Positions 33,494-37,142 of a DNA stretch of 37,142 bases are shown here, piece by piece. The notes below the pieces were generated by a model. The model did not search any database and had not been told where the DNA came from. It was given only the letters and a program-made list of their open reading frames with translations. The first letter of the stretch is position 1, and every line of letters starts with the position of its first letter. The stretch lies in the IMG/VR virus record IMGVR_UViG_3300038428_000132, positions 1 through 37,142 of that record; one strand, written 5' to 3'. The position numbers and the translations under genes are program-made. Source of the stretch: a virus.

Positions 33494-33712
33494 ATGTTGA
33501 AACCTAATCTGACTGCAAAGGATTTTCGGAACGTGAGCTTGAGCGATGTGGAGCCTTTCGTTGAAAGGATTCCAGCCGGTCAAGATCGAACGGTGTTGTT
33601 TCCTTCCTACGAAATAGCGCAGAAAAACAAGGCATTCTATATGCCCCGCACTGTTCAAGAGGGACGTGCGTTTCAATTCAAACAATTGGCGGCTAGCGCC
33701 GGGAGAGCTTAA
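33494..33712 (+). CDS. Hypothetical protein
   Basis: 72 aa; GAGGAGG RBS after ribozyme 6. Confidence 0.7.
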   Translation: MLKPNLTAKDFRNVSLSDVEPFVERIPAGQDRTVLFPSYEIAQKNKAFYMPRTVQEGRAFQFKQLAASAGRA

Positions 33713-34215
33713 TGAGAAGTTTATATGCAGTTCCTTGTAAACTTGAATGCAATTGCAAGCATGGCCTGCACGATCACAATGAGTGCAAATGCAGCGCACG
33801 CTGCAAAGTGTGCAACACCGTTTTCTTTTACCGCGATGCCAAGCATGTGTTGCTGCATGGCGTCGTTGAGACTCAGGACTTTGATGATGCGTGGTACTTC
33901 GTTTGCCCGTACTGTGGCAGCGATGAAATGGCCCTGTGGGACAACTCCGGCATGGCCGCCGAGATGTTTCCGAATGGATGCACCTGCCAGAACAACGGCG
34001 ACTATTGCGATTATTGCAGCATCCTGATTCAGGAGCCTCGCATCTGCCAGCACTGCTACACCCGCATCGTGGCTGGTTATTTCTATGACGGCCTGTGGTA
34101 CGAGGATTTCAACACGTCGGAAGATGACGCATACTGCAATCCGTGCGCAGAACGTGTGATGGCTCGCGCTGAAGAGCATTACTACGATTTGCATGATTGC
34201 ATGTTGAACGAGTAA
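33712..34215 (+). CDS. Cys-rich multi-Zn-finger protein
   Basis: Several CxxC/CxC motifs (CKVC, CPYC, CDYC, CQHC, CNPC); TAATG-coupled. Confidence 0.7.
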   Translation: MRSLYAVPCKLECNCKHGLHDHNECKCSARCKVCNTVFFYRDAKHVLLHGVVETQDFDDAWYFVCPYCGSDEMALWDNSGMAAEMFPNGCTCQNNGDYCDYCSILIQEPRICQHCYTRIVAGYFYDGLWYEDFNTSEDDAYCNPCAERVMARAEEHYYDLHDCMLNE

Positions 34216-34353
34216 CCAAACTAGAAAGGGGGTGATTCCACCCGGCTAACAAACTTTACTCCAATTGAGACACAATTTTAACAGAAAAAAGAAAGGGGTG
34301 CGCCCATGAAGAATTAAAATTAACCTTTTTTCTCTTTCACATTTTAATAGGAA

Positions 34354-34417
34354 GTCGGGGGACAACTTAACTCCCCCGGCTTCGCAGAGCATTCGGCACA
34401 GTCGAGTGTTCTGCGAA
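34354..34417 (+). promoter_or_regulatory. Two abutting hairpins directly upstream of an RBS
   Basis: GTCGGGGGA/TCCCCCGGC (9 bp) and TTCGCAGAGCATTCGG/TCGAGTGTTCTGCGAA (16 bp incl. G-U). Confidence 0.6.
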
Positions 34418-34428
34418 GGGAGAAAACG

Positions 34429-34503
34429 ATGGAAAATCTACTTTGCGCCGTCATTGCATTATTGTTCCTGATTTACTTAGAACTGCGCAGAAAAAGAGGA
34501 TGA
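34429..34503 (+). CDS. 24-aa membrane peptide
   Basis: AAGGGAG RBS; MENLLCAVIALLFLIYLELRRKRG. Confidence 0.55.
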   Translation: MENLLCAVIALLFLIYLELRRKRG

Positions 34504-34504
34504 A

Positions 34505-34780
34505 ATGAGTATTGAATCGAAGTTTGATAGGCTCAAAAAGGAAATTGAGCAATTTGAAGAATGGGCACGTAACCCTTTTCTTGAAGATCAAAAAGAAAAG
34601 GAAGAATGGGTCAATCTACTTTCCAGAGGCGGGAAGAACATCGTTCTCAATGCCCTTGGCCATTTGAATGCTGAGTGCATCATACTTCATACACGAACTG
34701 TTGCGGAAACTTTGGCAGCGCAAGAGCCGCTTTGGTTCGCTTATAAGCTGTTGGTGAAAACGGAGCGGACTAGCAGTTAA
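34505..34780 (+). CDS. Hypothetical protein
   Basis: 91 aa; AGAGGA RBS. Confidence 0.65.
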   Translation: MSIESKFDRLKKEIEQFEEWARNPFLEDQKEKEEWVNLLSRGGKNIVLNALGHLNAECIILHTRTVAETLAAQEPLWFAYKLLVKTERTSS

Positions 34781-35065
34781 TTAACGAGGAACGGAAGCCC
34801 AATGTTTGTAAACTCTGACAATCCAATCTTGAAAAGCATTTTCTGAAAGGTTGTTTTTTGCGAAGTTACAAACTTTACAACAAGGTCGGATGTTGCCAAA
34901 TGTATAACCTTTGGCGGAATCTATTCGGTCAATTCCGTAGCCTACTTTTGGTAAAGGCCCGGGACGGCACTGAAAGCGCGTATCCGGTACGGGAGAAAGT
35001 TGTGGCTCTTGAAAAACCATGGCAGGCTTCACTATGTGGGCTACAGACCTTGACCACTTGGCCAT
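34781..35065 (-). pseudogene. 5-prime-truncated HNH-type endonuclease, family B
   Basis: LPKVGYGIDRIDSAKGYTFGNIRPCCKVCNFAKN aligns with 18765-19160, but the upstream CxxC is missing. Confidence 0.7.
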
Positions 35066-35101
35066 CCGTCGAGGTCTGTTACATGCAGAGTGAAATTCTG
35101 T

Positions 35102-35130
35102 TTGACAAGCGTATGCGTTTGCGCTATTCT
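35102..35130 (+). promoter_or_regulatory. sigma70-type promoter
   Basis: TTGACA-17 nt-TATTCT, 40 nt before the SWIM gene. Confidence 0.6.
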
Positions 35131-35170
35131 ATTAGAATGAAAAAGTCTAGGGCTGGGAGGCCCTACCACC

Positions 35171-35917
35171 ATGATTAGAAAATTAAATTCGAGCATTCGA
35201 TTGGGTTGGATGGAGCGGTACTCGGTTGACAGTTTCCGAAACACCGACCTTCCGCCTTACATCGTGGCTATGGACAGGCAAGGAAACTGGCATTGCTCTT
35301 GCCCGCATTGGGTCGCCCGGCTGCAAGGTTTGGGAATGGCCTGCAAACATATTGATGCGGTCATGAACTACCGCAGAGAATGGGAATTGCTGCCCGCGGC
35401 GGTCGATGGGAAAGGGCCGGCCTACAATCCGCGTGACGTGGCCCGTTGCGCCCTCGAAACTCTGATTCAGTACGGGAAAGAATCACAGCCCAAGTGTGCA
35501 TCACGCGGCGAAGCCCTCGGCTACGCCGTTTACGCCCTCGGCATCACTTCCAAGGATGCGCCGCTCGAGGATGAGGTCCGGGAAATCGTGGAAATGTGCA
35601 AGGAAGGTCTGGAACAATGGAACGGCCATTTGGAGCGGGCGACTCTGGACGCCATTCAAAAACGCGCTTATGTGCGCCGGGGTCGAAAGTTGACCATCAC
35701 TCTTCCCGAATGTTGGAGAGGGATGAAATCACGCGCCTATTTGCAGTGGAAGTCATGCCGAAGTAAGATGCGGTATTCGACGCGCCACGAAGCAGAGAGC
35801 GCCGCTGAGCGCCAAGGAAAGGAACACGGCATCATTTTCCGAGTGTATCCCTGCAACCTTTGCCATGGCTACCATATGACGCACGCGAAAGAGAGGAGCG
35901 GTTATGCTGCTGACTGA
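35171..35917 (+). CDS. SWIM Zn-finger protein with a second C-terminal Zn motif
   Basis: WHCSCPHW...CKH (SWIM); C-terminal C..K.RY...RVYPCNLCHGYH. Confidence 0.75.
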   Translation: MIRKLNSSIRLGWMERYSVDSFRNTDLPPYIVAMDRQGNWHCSCPHWVARLQGLGMACKHIDAVMNYRREWELLPAAVDGKGPAYNPRDVARCALETLIQYGKESQPKCASRGEALGYAVYALGITSKDAPLEDEVREIVEMCKEGLEQWNGHLERATLDAIQKRAYVRRGRKLTITLPECWRGMKSRAYLQWKSCRSKMRYSTRHEAESAAERQGKEHGIIFRVYPCNLCHGYHMTHAKERSGYAAD

Positions 35918-36059
35918 ATGGGTTCGCGCAGTGAAAGTTGTAGAGGATGAGTTTGCGGAAAAGCTGCTGCAAGTCATCCTAAAAGAGAATGACCCGGAAG
36001 TGCAAAAACAGATTGCCCGGCGCACCTTCTGGCTTCGTGACGGCCGCCGGACCGCATAG
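35904..36059 (+). CDS. 51-aa hypothetical protein
   Basis: GAGGAG RBS; MLLTEWVRAVKVVEDEFAEKLLQVILKENDPEVQKQIARRTFWLRDGRRTA. Confidence 0.6.
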   Translation: MLLTEWVRAVKVVEDEFAEKLLQVILKENDPEVQKQIARRTFWLRDGRRTA

Positions 36060-36068
36060 GGAGGAAGT

Positions 36069-37130
36069 ATGCAGGTGATGTTGGCAACACAGACAAGCAA
36101 TGTGAAAAAGTTACGCTACCCGGTCTATGCCTCTGTGAAGCTGGACGGGATTCGTGCGTTTATTCACAAGGAAGATAATACTGCCTCGGTTGTTATGAGT
36201 CGCAGTATGAATCTGATTCCGAACGAATTTGTGCAGGAAAAACTTCGCAGGGCAGAGCCGGGTCTGGACGGAGAGCTTATTTACGGCGACCCGAATGCAA
36301 AGGATTGCTACTGCCTCACGCTTTCCATCGTCATGAGTGAACATGATTCCCGTGGCGCAGACGTTGACTTTTACGTATTCGACAAGGTAGAGGACAAGCC
36401 TTTCGAGCAACGGTACGAAGATTATTGCTATGCTGTTACTGCTATGGGTCCGTTGTCTTTCAGTGTTAAAGCTGTCCGCCAGACCCTCGTATTCTGTGTG
36501 GCTGAGTTGCGGGCCTTCGAGAAAGACGTTCTAGCCCATGGCGGCGAGGGCGTGATGGTCCGGGACCCGCAAGGTCCGTACAAGCATGGCCGGTCAACAG
36601 AGCGGGAAGGCTGGCTGCTAAAGGTGAAGAGGTTTGTTGACGCAGACGCCGAGGTCTATGATTTTCTACCCCTCTATCACAACGCCAATGCTGCGTTCAA
36701 GAACGCCCTCGGCCATACGAAGAGGTCCCTGTCCAAAGCTGGTAAGGTGCCTCTGCCTTTGCTTGGCCGGTTTCTAGTACGTGATTGCAAGAGCAAAGTC
36801 GAGTTCGAGGTCGGCGTCGGATTCACGATGCGCCAGCGACGCAAGATGTGGAAAGAACTGCAAGCGAACCCACTGGCCTACAACGGTCGCATCATGAAGT
36901 ACAAACACTTTCCACATGGTGCCAAGGTTAAACCACGTCATGCAATCTTCCTTGGCTGGCGTAGCAAGTTGGACATGGACGCTCCTAGCCCTACCGGACG
37001 TTTGAACGTGCCCGGTCCGGCTATTCAGAACATTCCTATCGAGCGAGTGCCGCTTGAAAATTTGGCTCACGCTCCCGAGCGTCCGAAACGAAATGTGGCG
37101 TTCACTACGCGCAGGAAGCCAATCGGCTAG
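36069..37130 (+). CDS. ATP-dependent DNA ligase
   Basis: Motif I KLDGIR, LDGELI, FYVFD, EGVMVR, WLLKVKRF; OB domain with EVGVGF and PRHAIFLGWR. Confidence 0.92.
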   Translation: MQVMLATQTSNVKKLRYPVYASVKLDGIRAFIHKEDNTASVVMSRSMNLIPNEFVQEKLRRAEPGLDGELIYGDPNAKDCYCLTLSIVMSEHDSRGADVDFYVFDKVEDKPFEQRYEDYCYAVTAMGPLSFSVKAVRQTLVFCVAELRAFEKDVLAHGGEGVMVRDPQGPYKHGRSTEREGWLLKVKRFVDADAEVYDFLPLYHNANAAFKNALGHTKRSLSKAGKVPLPLLGRFLVRDCKSKVEFEVGVGFTMRQRRKMWKELQANPLAYNGRIMKYKHFPHGAKVKPRHAIFLGWRSKLDMDAPSPTGRLNVPGPAIQNIPIERVPLENLAHAPERPKRNVAFTTRRKPIG

Positions 37131-37142
37131 GCAACGGCCTGC

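Overview
This window is part of a tailed dsDNA bacteriophage genome; the host cannot be determined from it. On the minus strand (1-22.7 kb) is a late/morphogenesis operon: terminase large subunit, portal, scaffold, N4-gp56-type major capsid, a probable head-tail adaptor, modular virion proteins, a glycosyltransferase, a signal-peptide-bearing trypsin-like protease, a groEL/groES pair, tRNA-Ala and five free-standing HNH-type endonuclease genes or relics (a sixth relic is at 34.8-35.1 kb). The 22.9-30 kb block lies between two homologous convergent sigma70-type promoters. It holds tRNA-Pro, a degenerate tRNA-Gly, DUF932, three secreted single-Ig-domain proteins and a 1127-bp transposase-less IS1595-derived cassette (22-bp TIRs, 8-bp target duplication) carrying a PAPS-reductase-family gene. 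From about 31 kb a plus-strand early-type region runs through small ORFs, GP88-like, Cys-rich and SWIM proteins to an ATP-dependent DNA ligase. The stand-out observation is six permuted (type-P5-like) twister self-cleaving ribozymes, one in each of six consecutive intergenic spacers (31.2-33.5 kb). The T1 pseudoknot covaries across copies, and one copy is chimeric with T1 broken. All calls were made by eye from motifs and base-pairing; no database searches were run.
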